Below are positions 15,718 through 25,621 of a stretch of DNA of 32,000 bases, piece by piece. Position 1 is the stretch's first letter. Each line of letters opens with the position of its first letter. Source of the DNA: Candidatus Thorarchaeota archaeon (GTDB lineage: Archaea; Asgardarchaeota; Thorarchaeia; Thorarchaeales; Thorarchaeaceae); assembly GCA_008080745.1 (NCBI GenBank), contig SHMX01000004.1, positions 210,001 through 242,000 on the forward strand, in the 5' to 3' direction. Position numbers and translations under genes: made by a program. Below the pieces are notes generated by a model, which worked only from the letters and a program-made list of their open reading frames with translations, was not told the DNA's origin and ran no database searches.

Positions 15718-18237
15718 CTATCTTCTCTTTGCCAAACAAACTAAAACTATCAATCCAGTGATTACAATTGCTGCGATAATCATCGGATCATCGTACCAAG
15801 TCCCTGCGTCTGTGTTTGTAGATGTAGTCGTAGTACTAGTAGTTGAAGTCTGAGTGGTTGAAGTTTCTGTATTAGTCACCTCTTCAACGGAGACAATGAC
15901 TGTATCTGAAATGGAGTTCTCAGATATATCGGCTAACACTATAGTGTAGTTATACGTTCCAACTGGTAGTCCATCTAGAGAAACCGTAATACTTTCAGAG
16001 CTAGAGTTCCAACTGCCCTCTAGAAGAACAGTTCCGTTTCTTAATACCTGATAGGATTCGGGAAAGTCGTCCTCAGGATGCCATATTATCGATTGACCAG
16101 TTTCTCCAACTTGGAATATGATGTCTGACGGACTATCTACAGTTGGATGAAGCGTGTCAACGTAGAATAAACTATCTGTTGTTATGCCGTTTAACGCCTG
16201 ATCATATGCTTTCACAAACAACTCTATATCTGGAGAATTAGCGAGCCACAACATCTCTCCCACATAAAACGAACCGTTCCATTCCATTTGGATAACTAAC
16301 TCTGAACCATTATGGAGTATCATATGTGTATAGACTTCACCTGTGCCATTTACATCAGTTACATTGGCATAGATACTGATAATGTCTCCCGGTTGTGGTG
16401 CACTCTCAGCAATCCCCCATTTGTCTACTACAGGTGGTGTATTGTCTTCCACTGATAGTGTCATCCGTTTGGTCCAATTCTCAGCTGCCAATAAGCTCTC
16501 ATACGATTCCATGAACTTCCCTTGATTGAATAATATATCCGACTGCTCGAATGCTGCCTCTACATTTGCCTTTGCATCAAGTGTTTTTTGCTGCCATGGT
16601 TCTGGGACTTCCATACAAGCATTCAGAAATCTCGGATATAAACGGTTTCTAAAACCATCTAGGTATGATGCTTGCAACCATGTATATTCAAAGGTCGAAA
16701 AACTGTCATTTCTGCCAAAATATCCCATTACTCCATACTGGAAATCTGCTGGATATTTAGATGGATTAAACGTATGTTGTAGACCTAAAGCGTGGCCGAG
16801 CTCGTGAATTTGTGTAGCGGTAGTTCCAGATTTGGGTGTCACACCATCAGATCTGAAATATCGTTCATAACTCTTCCAAATGACGGTCTGATTGAGACCA
16901 CCGAGTGCAGTAAAATTGTACCCCCCATATTGCATGACCATATTTTTCTTAACGAAGACTGCACCAAAGACAGAAGTGTCATATCCCTCAGTAAGACTAT
17001 AGATTGGCTTCAAATCGTAGTAAATATCGTAAAACATACTGAGCCCATCCACAATGGCCTCACCATTCACAAAGTTTGTATTATCATAGAATGTCTGATT
17101 CCAATCTGTGTAGTTGTCTATGTGCAGAAAGTCCACCTTTACATACCACTCCGCAAAAGGTAATGCCTCATCAAGGGCGTCCTGCAGTATCTCTTCACTA
17201 TCAATCCACTCAATGCTATCATTAGTGATGTCATCCATAGCAAATACCATCACTCGAAAACTTCCTTTCTGAGTTGGAGTGGTGTATGCGTGATGACTTG
17301 GAAATAGGAGATTCTCAATAATATCGAGGCTATAGTTTGCAAGATATTCTGTTGCATTGTTCCGGTCCTCCACTGTTGACAAATCCCAATCAGCACCATA
17401 TGTATCGAAATCATACTGGATATGAGGCCCTTCAGCACCCTCATAGGTTTTATACCACCAGAGCTGAGCCCAGTTGGTATACCACTGATCTGCAGTGACA
17501 TCAAGAATGTATACTTGATCTCTACCACCCACTCCTGCATACTGATATTTGATATCTGGATTAAGGTCATTGTCCCATTCTAATCTGAACCAATCCATCT
17601 TCTCTCCGGAATCTGGGTCAGTAGGATCGTAGTCGAACCAGTGTTCTAATGAATGGTCTGCATTATCAATCTCGGAGTAATTCATCATGTAAAACGTCCA
17701 TCCCAGATTTGGAGTTTCAATAGCTGGATTTTCAATTAACCAATCTTCCACCATTGTTCCATTAATAGCTCTTCCATCTCTTGGATAGAAACATGTTCGC
17801 GGAATGTTATCGGAGGTCATCTCAAGAAGTGCGGTTTCGTTTAGCATTGTACCTGTATCAGTACCATTAATTGAATTAGTGTACATGAAATCCTTCAGAT
17901 TTTCCTCATAACTTTCATTGGCCCAGATTACATTATACGTAATATTCCATATGTACGTGATATTTTCATAGACAAAAGTTCGATTATCCGGCATATAAGA
18001 TAGATACCGAATCTCATCAATGGAATTATCATCAAAGCCTAGAAGTACAATATTTAGCTTCCACTCTCTTGTTACTGAAAAACTGATATCTTGTAATTCG
18101 TGAATTGGTGAGTTATTAGTAACCAGTGTGTCTTCACTTGCAGAAGTAACCTTTTCTTGGGGCGAATTTTCAATTGGCATCATCCCGATTAAGAAACATA
18201 CTGAAAGAAGAAGCGCAACAAATTTTCGTGTATTCAA
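15718..18237 (-). CDS. Membrane-anchored extracellular zinc metalloprotease (metzincin-like), 839 aa
   Basis: Signal peptide; HELGHALGLQH (HExxHxxGxxH, 16774-16806) followed by Met-turn-like GVMGY; Ig-like C-terminal domains, S/T-rich linker, TM helix and KRR tail; TTG start. Confidence 0.85.
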   Translation of the reverse strand: MNTRKFVALLLSVCFLIGMMPIENSPQEKVTSASEDTLVTNNSPIHELQDISFSVTREWKLNIVLLGFDDNSIDEIRYLSYMPDNRTFVYENITYIWNITYNVIWANESYEENLKDFMYTNSINGTDTGTMLNETALLEMTSDNIPRTCFYPRDGRAINGTMVEDWLIENPAIETPNLGWTFYMMNYSEIDNADHSLEHWFDYDPTDPDSGEKMDWFRLEWDNDLNPDIKYQYAGVGGRDQVYILDVTADQWYTNWAQLWWYKTYEGAEGPHIQYDFDTYGADWDLSTVEDRNNATEYLANYSLDIIENLLFPSHHAYTTPTQKGSFRVMVFAMDDITNDSIEWIDSEEILQDALDEALPFAEWYVKVDFLHIDNYTDWNQTFYDNTNFVNGEAIVDGLSMFYDIYYDLKPIYSLTEGYDTSVFGAVFVKKNMVMQYGGYNFTALGGLNQTVIWKSYERYFRSDGVTPKSGTTATQIHELGHALGLQHTFNPSKYPADFQYGVMGYFGRNDSFSTFEYTWLQASYLDGFRNRLYPRFLNACMEVPEPWQQKTLDAKANVEAAFEQSDILFNQGKFMESYESLLAAENWTKRMTLSVEDNTPPVVDKWGIAESAPQPGDIISIYANVTDVNGTGEVYTHMILHNGSELVIQMEWNGSFYVGEMLWLANSPDIELFVKAYDQALNGITTDSLFYVDTLHPTVDSPSDIIFQVGETGQSIIWHPEDDFPESYQVLRNGTVLLEGSWNSSSESITVSLDGLPVGTYNYTIVLADISENSISDTVIVSVEEVTNTETSTTQTSTTSTTTTSTNTDAGTWYDDPMIIAAIVITGLIVLVCLAKRR

Positions 18238-18361
18238 GTTGTATTCACTTGTGCTAAAATTCTGTGAATGTATTTGAACCCTTGCTCTATTTTCTTATGT
18301 AGAGAGTTTCTAGGTACTATCCATTACATTCTATATAGTACCTATATCTCTCTTTGTAACT

Positions 18362-21115
18362 TCACTCATGTTTTCTGAACTTTTTAAACCAGACCACAAT
18401 AATTGTAATTAGAACTATTCCACTTAATACACCTGCTATAAGCAATCTTTCATCAATAAGTGGAAGGGGATCATAGCCATCGGGTGAGCCATCCTGGTCA
18501 GTATCATATACTAAAGGATTTGTACCTATTTCTAACTCCACATTGTCATCCAACTCATCCCTATCCGTGTCTTTTAGAGTTGGGTCTGTTCCATATATTG
18601 TGACTTCATCATAGTCACTTAGCGTATCACCGTCACTATCAGTTAGATTAGGGTCGGAGCCTATACTGATTTCATGTCCATCGTCAAGTCCATCTCCATC
18701 TGTATCACTATCTAATGGGTCTGTGCCATACTGGTTTACTTCCAATCCATCATTTATCGTATCTGCGTCAGAGTCATCATTCAGTGGATCTGTTCCATGG
18801 GTGCTAACTTCATCAAAATCTGTAAGGCCGTCCTGATCCGAATCTGGGTCAAGTGGATTCGTCCCATAAGTCTTCACCTCTTCATAATCGGTTAGACTAT
18901 CCATATCCGTGTCTGATTCCTCTGGGTCGGTTCCAGCTTGGATTTCTTCCCCATCAAGTAGTAAATCATCATCGCAATCAGAATCTAGAGGGTCTATATA
19001 ATATGTAAAAATTTCATCATAATCTGACAATAAATCAGAATCTGTATCGTTTGATGTTGGACTGGTAGAGTATGTATGCACCTCAATTCCGTCCAGAATC
19101 CTGTCCGAGTCGGTATCATTACTAAGTGGATTTGCAGAATAGGCTAGTTCCATCCCATCCAGAAGAAAATCCGAATCAGTATCATTATTTAGTGGGTCGG
19201 TGCCCCAGGTTATGACTTCCAATCCATCATTCAACAAGTCGTCATCTGAATCAAAATCATTGGGATCCGTGGTATATGTGATGATTTCTTCGTAATCTGA
19301 CAAAAGGTCGTCATCCGAGTCATCATCTGTAGGGTCTGTTTCATAGATTTCAAATTCTTCCCAATCTGTCAATTTGTCTGAGTCAGTATCATTTGTTGTA
19401 GGATTTGTTCCTAGGTTATTAACTTCATACCCATCGGTGTAATTGTCGTGGTCAGTATCGTCAAGCCATGGATTGGTTTCATACAAGAATTCGTTGTAAT
19501 TATCTAAATCATCGTTATCGGGGTCTAATGTATCGTCGTCGATAAGTGGGTCAAATCCCCAAAAGACTTCCCATCCATCAGGACATCCATCCAGGTCTGT
19601 ATGCGCAGAATTCGGGTCTGTTCCATTGAGGTATTCTCCGAAATTCGTTAGGTCATCATTATCATAGTCTTCTTCAGCATCATCCAGAGTAGCATTAGTA
19701 TTCCATGTGATTTCCCACCAGTCATCCATAAGGTCATCATCTGTATCGTTATCGAATGCTGACGTTCCATAAGTAAGAATTTCATTCCCATCGAGAAGTA
19801 AATCATCATCACAATCAGGATTTAATGGGTCCGTGGAATACGTAAAGAGCTCTGCATAGTCACTCAGAAAATCAGAATCTGTATCACTATTACGAGGGTC
19901 AGTGCCGTATTTGCCTTCATTCCAGCTGTTAATTAGATCATTATCAGAGTCGTGATGATGAATTAACACAAAGAGTTGATCATAGGATATTCTTTCATAT
20001 CCTGTAGTAAAAACCACATCACCAGCAGTGGCAACACCATATCCCGTTTGAAGATTAGAATCTCTCCAAGTAGAGTTCCAAAGATATGTACCATTTGAGT
20101 CATATTTCACTAATACTGCATCAAAGTTGAACTTGGAGCCACTTACATAGACTTCATCATATTCGTTTACACTGATACCCTCTGCATATTCAGTAGCAGT
20201 TGTCCCCCATGTCTTATTCCATAACTTCGTTCCCGTTGAATTCCATTTAACAAGTGCAAAGTCATCATCCCCTGCTCCATATGATTCAGTATAGCCACAA
20301 CAATATACATTTCCTTTAGAGTCTACATCGATTGCTCGGCCCCAATCTACACCTGCCCCTCCCCAAATTTCGTACCATTGGACATTTCCAGTTGAATTGA
20401 ATTTCACCAATCCGAAATCCACACCATCTGCAGTGTATGAGCTTGTCTTTCCTATACAGTATATCGAATTATTATCTGCTACAACAACACCCAAAGCTTG
20501 GTCTGCTTTCCCGGCTTCTCCCCATGATTTTGTCCAGTTCAAATGTCCGGTTGAATTGTATTTACTAAGAATATAGTCACTACCGAATCTCATCACATAG
20601 ATACTCCCATCTGGAGCAACGGATACATCCGCATTTCCTCCAGATGACGTGGCATTCCAAATCTGATTTCCATTACTATCCCATTTGACAAGTATACCGG
20701 CATAGCTGGGATTATTATATGACCCTACTGTATAGATACTTCCATTATCATCGACATCAATACCATAAACCCAATCCTGATCATCACTTCCTGTTCCATC
20801 AATAGTGACATTCCATTCATAATCTCCCGTAGCATTGAATTTAACGAGGAGTGCATCCTCGTAATCAGCATTTGTTCGAGTATGTCCTCCAACATATATT
20901 GATCCATCCGGTGCAATTACAATATCTTTCCCCTCCTCATCATTTGATCCACCCCACAATATTGGATGAATATCGTAGGGTTCGGAAGAAGTCAGAGTAC
21001 TGCATTTAGTTAGTGTTGGTTCAGTTGTGGTGGTCACATCACTCGAAGATGATAAAATTAATCCTAGCAATAATATTGAGATTACAAGCATCCTTTCCTT
21101 CATCAGTTCTTGCAT
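18362..21115 (-). CDS. Cell-surface protein: 7-bladed beta-propeller (SBBP-like) plus about 22 thrombospondin type 3-like Ca-binding repeats plus TM anchor, 917 aa
   Basis: Signal peptide; seven WGG...G..I.V...G.IY..G blades; D-x-D-x-D-x-L-x-D-x-x-E...GT[DN]P repeats; C-terminal TM and KKFRK tail. Confidence 0.88.
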   Translation of the reverse strand: MQELMKERMLVISILLLGLILSSSSDVTTTTEPTLTKCSTLTSSEPYDIHPILWGGSNDEEGKDIVIAPDGSIYVGGHTRTNADYEDALLVKFNATGDYEWNVTIDGTGSDDQDWVYGIDVDDNGSIYTVGSYNNPSYAGILVKWDSNGNQIWNATSSGGNADVSVAPDGSIYVMRFGSDYILSKYNSTGHLNWTKSWGEAGKADQALGVVVADNNSIYCIGKTSSYTADGVDFGLVKFNSTGNVQWYEIWGGAGVDWGRAIDVDSKGNVYCCGYTESYGAGDDDFALVKWNSTGTKLWNKTWGTTATEYAEGISVNEYDEVYVSGSKFNFDAVLVKYDSNGTYLWNSTWRDSNLQTGYGVATAGDVVFTTGYERISYDQLFVLIHHHDSDNDLINSWNEGKYGTDPRNSDTDSDFLSDYAELFTYSTDPLNPDCDDDLLLDGNEILTYGTSAFDNDTDDDLMDDWWEITWNTNATLDDAEEDYDNDDLTNFGEYLNGTDPNSAHTDLDGCPDGWEVFWGFDPLIDDDTLDPDNDDLDNYNEFLYETNPWLDDTDHDNYTDGYEVNNLGTNPTTNDTDSDKLTDWEEFEIYETDPTDDDSDDDLLSDYEEIITYTTDPNDFDSDDDLLNDGLEVITWGTDPLNNDTDSDFLLDGMELAYSANPLSNDTDSDRILDGIEVHTYSTSPTSNDTDSDLLSDYDEIFTYYIDPLDSDCDDDLLLDGEEIQAGTDPEESDTDMDSLTDYEEVKTYGTNPLDPDSDQDGLTDFDEVSTHGTDPLNDDSDADTINDGLEVNQYGTDPLDSDTDGDGLDDGHEISIGSDPNLTDSDGDTLSDYDEVTIYGTDPTLKDTDRDELDDNVELEIGTNPLVYDTDQDGSPDGYDPLPLIDERLLIAGVLSGIVLITIIVVWFKKFRKHE
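18461..19951 (-). repeat. Intragenic tandem array of about 22 repeats of 22-26 aa (66-78 nt), Ca-binding DxDxDG type
   Basis: Counted by hand from the translation, DSDNDL through DTDQDGSPDGYDP. Confidence 0.9.
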
Positions 21116-21243
21116 CCTATACCAAGCATTCAGAAATCTCTCTCGCTATAATATAACACGCAGATACTAATAAACTATTATTTTCACTTTCTTAACATAT
21201 ATTTATTCAGAACAATTATTGAACATATTAATGCTTCATTTGA

Positions 21244-22104
21244 TCATGATTGAAATCGAATAAGTTTATCCAATTTTTCTAGTATTACCGGATTTTTTTC
21301 CAGATGTTGTAGATAACTGATAGCTTCTTGGTATGTTTCTTTTGCTTGTGTACTAAGGGAATTCCATCTCATTTTGTCTGTCAGATTCGTAAGATTTGTG
21401 ATATGTACTGATCTTTCGCTTTTGGATAAGGAATCGAAATCTACAATCCAGTCTTTTATTCTCTTCAAATAATCGATATTTTTCTCGATTAATTTTGTGC
21501 CTGTTATTATTGGGTTATGACCTGTAATCACATATTTCCAATCCATCTTGGTGTATCGTTCTAGTGTCTTGATGTATTCATCAAAGTTGGGCTCATTGAT
21601 GTAAGGGAATGGATTCTCCACGTTATCTCCAACAAAGAGAACTCTATCCTTTCTGTCGTACACACTTGCACAACCTAGCTGATGACCTGGTGTGAAAAAG
21701 AAATCAATTCCGTCATCCGAGAAATTCAATCGTGAATCGAATACTAAATTGGGTGGAACTAGGATTACATCCCCTCTTTTGAACTCTGCATATTTGTCCA
21801 GGTTTTTTTCCCCTTCTGATATTATGATATCTCTACAGATAGAATGTGAGATTATGATTGAGTTCGAAAAGGCACAGTTTCCCCAGATGTGATCGTAATC
21901 TTCATGGCTATTAAATATAACAAAGTCCTTGTCTGAAATGCCCATTTTTTCAAGGTGCTTTATTAGAGCAAGCATTAGATTTGGACCACATTGCGTGTCT
22001 AGAACGTATATCCTTCTTTCTCCCTCAATGACATACGAATTGGTGAAGTAGGGGTCCTCGAATGAAAATAGGAGCCCTCTATCACCGACTTTGTTGACCT
22101 TCAT
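21244..22104 (-). CDS. Metallo-beta-lactamase-fold hydrolase, 286 aa
   Basis: TNSYVI, VLDT, NSHEDYDHIWGN (HxDxDH variant), TPGH, LFVGD and VITGH. Confidence 0.88.
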   Translation of the reverse strand: MKVNKVGDRGLLFSFEDPYFTNSYVIEGERRIYVLDTQCGPNLMLALIKHLEKMGISDKDFVIFNSHEDYDHIWGNCAFSNSIIISHSICRDIIISEGEKNLDKYAEFKRGDVILVPPNLVFDSRLNFSDDGIDFFFTPGHQLGCASVYDRKDRVLFVGDNVENPFPYINEPNFDEYIKTLERYTKMDWKYVITGHNPIITGTKLIEKNIDYLKRIKDWIVDFDSLSKSERSVHITNLTNLTDKMRWNSLSTQAKETYQEAISYLQHLEKNPVILEKLDKLIRFQS

Positions 22105-22119
22105 TTTACAATCTCTTAT

Positions 22120-23121
22120 TCAGGAGCGCTTATGTCTAAAGAATCCAGAACATGCATGGACTTCCACGCCTTTCTTTTCGATCTCATCAAGGATAAGATT
22201 CATACCTATCGAGTCTGAAGAATCATGTCCTGCAATGACAACGTAGATACCTTCCTCCTCGCATTCTTTCTTCAAGGCATCAGTGAGATGCATAGTTATG
22301 ATGGTACTAATTCCTGCACGTGCGAGAATCTTGATTGCCTTAGGCCCAGGAGAGGTTCCACCCGTAAAGAACACAAATTTATCTCCGCATGTTCCTTTCG
22401 AACTCCCAACAAGGATTTCAGGACCTGCTCCCACCTTTTCTCCCTCCTGATATTCTGGTATCTCAAGAAGCACATCAATCAGGTCTCCAAGAGAGTATGG
22501 ATTTTTCTCCTCCAAGTAGTCCTTAAGGAATTGATATCCAACCGAATCCGCTGGAGTGTGAGCACACATGAACGGCATATCAATCAGCTTAGCAGCATCA
22601 CGTGTCTGTGTGTGATTTCGTGGTTTAGTTGCAAAATGTACTTCCTTAATTCGTGCAGCCATTGCTGATTCTGCCTGAGCGATGGGGACGCCAAACTTAG
22701 CCCATTGTTCCGGTTGTAACTTCATAACAACATCAAGTCTAGAAGTTCCTATTCCATGTGGATGATGTGCCAGTACTAAATCAATTTTCTTTCCTTTATC
22801 TGCCATTCTGTCAGCTAATACAATCTCGCCAGGGGTGATATCAATACCAGCTAGAATACTCTTGATTTCACGATCTTCATCACCATAGAGAATCCTGCAA
22901 TCGGTGTAGGGATTCCAAGCTACGTCTTTATCTGCAAGTTCTTTCTTGATTCCATCTAATTTTTCAAGTCCCTTTTTAGAGTCTTCAAGTATTGCATCAA
23001 TACGTTCTTTGCCTCGGGGATCTGCTTCTATCCCTTTCTGAACAAATGTCCTATAGATTTCTCCTAATTTCATAAGGTCATCTGACTGATTCCTTACTTT
23101 GAAGGTTTCGGACAAGGCCAT
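22120..23121 (-). CDS. NIF3/DUF34-like dinuclear metal-centre protein
   Basis: GIEADPRG, NPYTDCRIL, LAGID, LAHHPHG, HTPAD and IAGHDSSDSIGMN. The true start may be ATG 23073 (MKLGEIY). Confidence 0.82.
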   Translation of the reverse strand: MALSETFKVRNQSDDLMKLGEIYRTFVQKGIEADPRGKERIDAILEDSKKGLEKLDGIKKELADKDVAWNPYTDCRILYGDEDREIKSILAGIDITPGEIVLADRMADKGKKIDLVLAHHPHGIGTSRLDVVMKLQPEQWAKFGVPIAQAESAMAARIKEVHFATKPRNHTQTRDAAKLIDMPFMCAHTPADSVGYQFLKDYLEEKNPYSLGDLIDVLLEIPEYQEGEKVGAGPEILVGSSKGTCGDKFVFFTGGTSPGPKAIKILARAGISTIITMHLTDALKKECEEEGIYVVIAGHDSSDSIGMNLILDEIEKKGVEVHACSGFFRHKRS

Positions 23122-23178
23122 TACATGCTATTTCATATCTCTCCCAAAGTTTTTATTCATCTAACTCCTACGAAGTAA

Positions 23179-23185
23179 GGAGGTG
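23179..23185 (+). promoter_or_regulatory. Shine-Dalgarno site GGAGGTG
   Basis: Full anti-SD complement 6 nt upstream of the in-frame TTG 23192. The ORF-track GTG at 23183 lies inside this SD and is probably not the start. Confidence 0.7.
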
Positions 23186-23191
23186 CGCCGC

Positions 23192-25573
23192 TTGACCCCT
23201 ATGGGAAGGAAAGTCAACCTATCATTATTCGCGATGGTATTACTATTCGGCAGTCTGATTTTACCTGTTGTGAGTGCAGCATATACTCCAGCAGAAAAAC
23301 AGACGGAAACGCAATCACTGGAAACAGCTAATAATGGACATGCCTATTTGTACGAACATGGCGGTCCTAATATTTTGGATACTCATGACTATTTGGAACA
23401 CGATGAGGATATCGATTATACAACGTATGATTATACTTCCTCTTCATGGTCCACAGATTCCGGTTCCTATAATGGTCCTGCATACAGGACGAACTATCTT
23501 AAAGGTACTAATTATGCTGATTATGGAATGTGGCATGACGGAGACCCAATGGGATACTTCTGGGATTTCCAAAATACAACTGACGAAGTGGAGCTCTCCA
23601 CTACTCAGCAATGGTACACATTCGTGATGCCTATCGGTGAGGATGTGGGACTAGTTGTTGACAGTTATCAAACCTATTATGGAACATTTAACGTGACTAC
23701 AGAGGAATTCTTCCATCTTACGATTACCTCTAATCATGATGATATATACATCCAAGGATATGTTATCGATCCTAATGGCCAAGGTGTAGCTTATTTTGAA
23801 GTTAACAACGGTGATATTGGTATTTTTCCAGTACCTGTTTACGCTCCAGGAATGTATGCTATAATATTCGAAGCAAATGTTGATAGTCTAGGACTTCCAA
23901 CTATGGACCTCCGAATCGATTCTATCACTCCCCAGGTCATTAATTTTGGAGAATCGATAGAAGGAGTATTATCTGGCAGTGAGGTAGGCCTTGATAGTAA
24001 CAACGACCTCATACACGATGAGATGGCTCCTACAATCCATACCTATAAGTTGACATCAAATTCAACCCACCCTGCCTATTTTGAGTATGCAATCAATTAC
24101 CATGAACTTGCACCACTTTATACTATGACTGCTCCAAGTATCATTTTGCAGACTAGCCTGAACGAATTCACCTACTCTGCAGATCATTATGTGGAATATT
24201 TGAGTAATATTGGTGAAAAACACTGGTATCAATCATTTGGAAATAACTCCTATTACCTTTCCTTCTCTGGAATGGATAATATTGAGTATACTCTCTATCA
24301 TGACCAGCCAGTTGTTCCAGAACTCCCAATAAATGAAGAATTCTATGTTGAGAATTACGATGTTGCCGGAGAATTGATGGCCTATCGATTCTATCTATCC
24401 CAAGATGCTATAATCAAAGTAAACAGTACTGAGGTAAATAGTGGTTTTGATTGGGATATGATATATTCTGATGGAACGAATTTTCAATGGATCGGAATAA
24501 CTGATAGTACGACATTCCACGGTGCTCGTCATTATTATCTGAAAGCAGGTACGTATCTTGTACTCCTAGAGGCAAATTCATGGAATTCCGCTGGACACTA
24601 CACAGTGAATCTTGGGCCTATTGTTGACGGTCTTGGTAACTATGCTGTAGACTTGGAAGATTTGATAGGTGTTCGTTTTGATGTTAATGTTCACACCTTC
24701 AACGAATTCAACGTCACTCTTCGTAACCAAGCTAATATCACTGTGAGAAGTGACATTGATTTCATGACAATGTATGGTAGTGATGTCGCTAACTATGCCA
24801 CAACTTACAGCAACAGGCAGAATGGTCTTGATTGGATGGCATACAGTGGAGTAAATATGAGTACCTTGCAATTTGGAGAGTCGACGGATTACAGGTATTT
24901 CCCTGATGGTTATGGCATTCTCGTCATCAGTCCCTATGAGGTTGAAAACAATACTGGTGGAATAGTGAGTGATTTCTATAATGAATACACGGTCGATTAT
25001 GGTATTACCCATCGAGATTATACATCAGATTATATCAACGGAACAAAGAGTGTAGATGTTGGTACCTCTTCTGTTTGGGCTAACTTCACACTTGGTGATC
25101 CTGGTGATGCAATGGAATATTATTGGCTTGTAATCAACTGTTCCGAAGGTGTCTGGATGAACTTCACTGTCTATACAGATGATGTTACAGATTATCGGTT
25201 CGCAGCTCTACAGGAATCCAAGAGAGGTTGTCCACAGATACTTGAATGGGATGACATATCTGGTGGTAGTGCTTGGTCTAGTGCAACCGAAGCTTGGTAC
25301 GAGTTTGGTTCTATGAGCGATCAAATCATCCTCTATATTGAGATTGACCGAGATCTTCTGGACGAAGGCTCCTTCGATATCTTGATTCAACCCTATACTA
25401 CCAATCATCGTGAATCACCCGTTCTACAATATGCAGGCTATGTCCCTGGTACTGGTGGTTTTGACATTCTTGGACAGAACATGCCATTGATTATCGGCGG
25501 TGTTGCGGTAGCAGCAATCGTGATTGTAGTTCTAGTTGCTTGGAAGAAAGGGATGCTTCCTTCTAGGTCATAA
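23192..25573 (+). CDS. Large secreted type-I membrane glycoprotein with multiple beta-sandwich (PPC-like) domains, about 790 aa
   Basis: Signal peptide ending VVSA; Tyr/Asp/Asn-rich beta-type ectodomain with many sequons; C-terminal TM and WKK tail. No catalytic motif recognised. Confidence 0.82.
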   Translation: MTPMGRKVNLSLFAMVLLFGSLILPVVSAAYTPAEKQTETQSLETANNGHAYLYEHGGPNILDTHDYLEHDEDIDYTTYDYTSSSWSTDSGSYNGPAYRTNYLKGTNYADYGMWHDGDPMGYFWDFQNTTDEVELSTTQQWYTFVMPIGEDVGLVVDSYQTYYGTFNVTTEEFFHLTITSNHDDIYIQGYVIDPNGQGVAYFEVNNGDIGIFPVPVYAPGMYAIIFEANVDSLGLPTMDLRIDSITPQVINFGESIEGVLSGSEVGLDSNNDLIHDEMAPTIHTYKLTSNSTHPAYFEYAINYHELAPLYTMTAPSIILQTSLNEFTYSADHYVEYLSNIGEKHWYQSFGNNSYYLSFSGMDNIEYTLYHDQPVVPELPINEEFYVENYDVAGELMAYRFYLSQDAIIKVNSTEVNSGFDWDMIYSDGTNFQWIGITDSTTFHGARHYYLKAGTYLVLLEANSWNSAGHYTVNLGPIVDGLGNYAVDLEDLIGVRFDVNVHTFNEFNVTLRNQANITVRSDIDFMTMYGSDVANYATTYSNRQNGLDWMAYSGVNMSTLQFGESTDYRYFPDGYGILVISPYEVENNTGGIVSDFYNEYTVDYGITHRDYTSDYINGTKSVDVGTSSVWANFTLGDPGDAMEYYWLVINCSEGVWMNFTVYTDDVTDYRFAALQESKRGCPQILEWDDISGGSAWSSATEAWYEFGSMSDQIILYIEIDRDLLDEGSFDILIQPYTTNHRESPVLQYAGYVPGTGGFDILGQNMPLIIGGVAVAAIVIVVLVAWKKGMLPSRS

Positions 25574-25583
25574 ACAATGAATT

Positions 25584-25621
25584 GATAGGGGTAAAGCCCC
25601 TATCTTCCATTTTCTTTTTTT
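25584..25621 (+). terminator. Hairpin plus U-tract terminator
   Basis: GATAGGGG-taaag-CCCCTATC (8 bp) followed by TTCCATTTTCTTTTTTT, 10 nt after the stop. Confidence 0.8.

Noticed and set aside
18941-19885. Near-duplicate repeat blocks and paralogous beta-helix genes as a possible diversity-generating retroelement TR/VR pair
   Set aside because: The differences are not adenine-specific, both copies are in-frame coding, and no reverse transcriptase is in the window.
18461-19951. Regularly spaced 66-69 nt periodicity resembling a CRISPR array
   Set aside because: The repeats are degenerate at synonymous positions and lie in one open frame, so they are protein repeats; no cas genes are present.
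22105-22122. NIF3 TGA stop followed in frame by ATA AGA GAT TGT AAA and the MBL ATG, which could suggest selenocysteine or readthrough fusion
   Set aside because: NIF3 ends where the family normally appears to end (GFFRHKR), the TGA is not at a catalytic Cys-like position, no SECIS was recognised, and same-frame neighbours with a short open spacer are common by chance.
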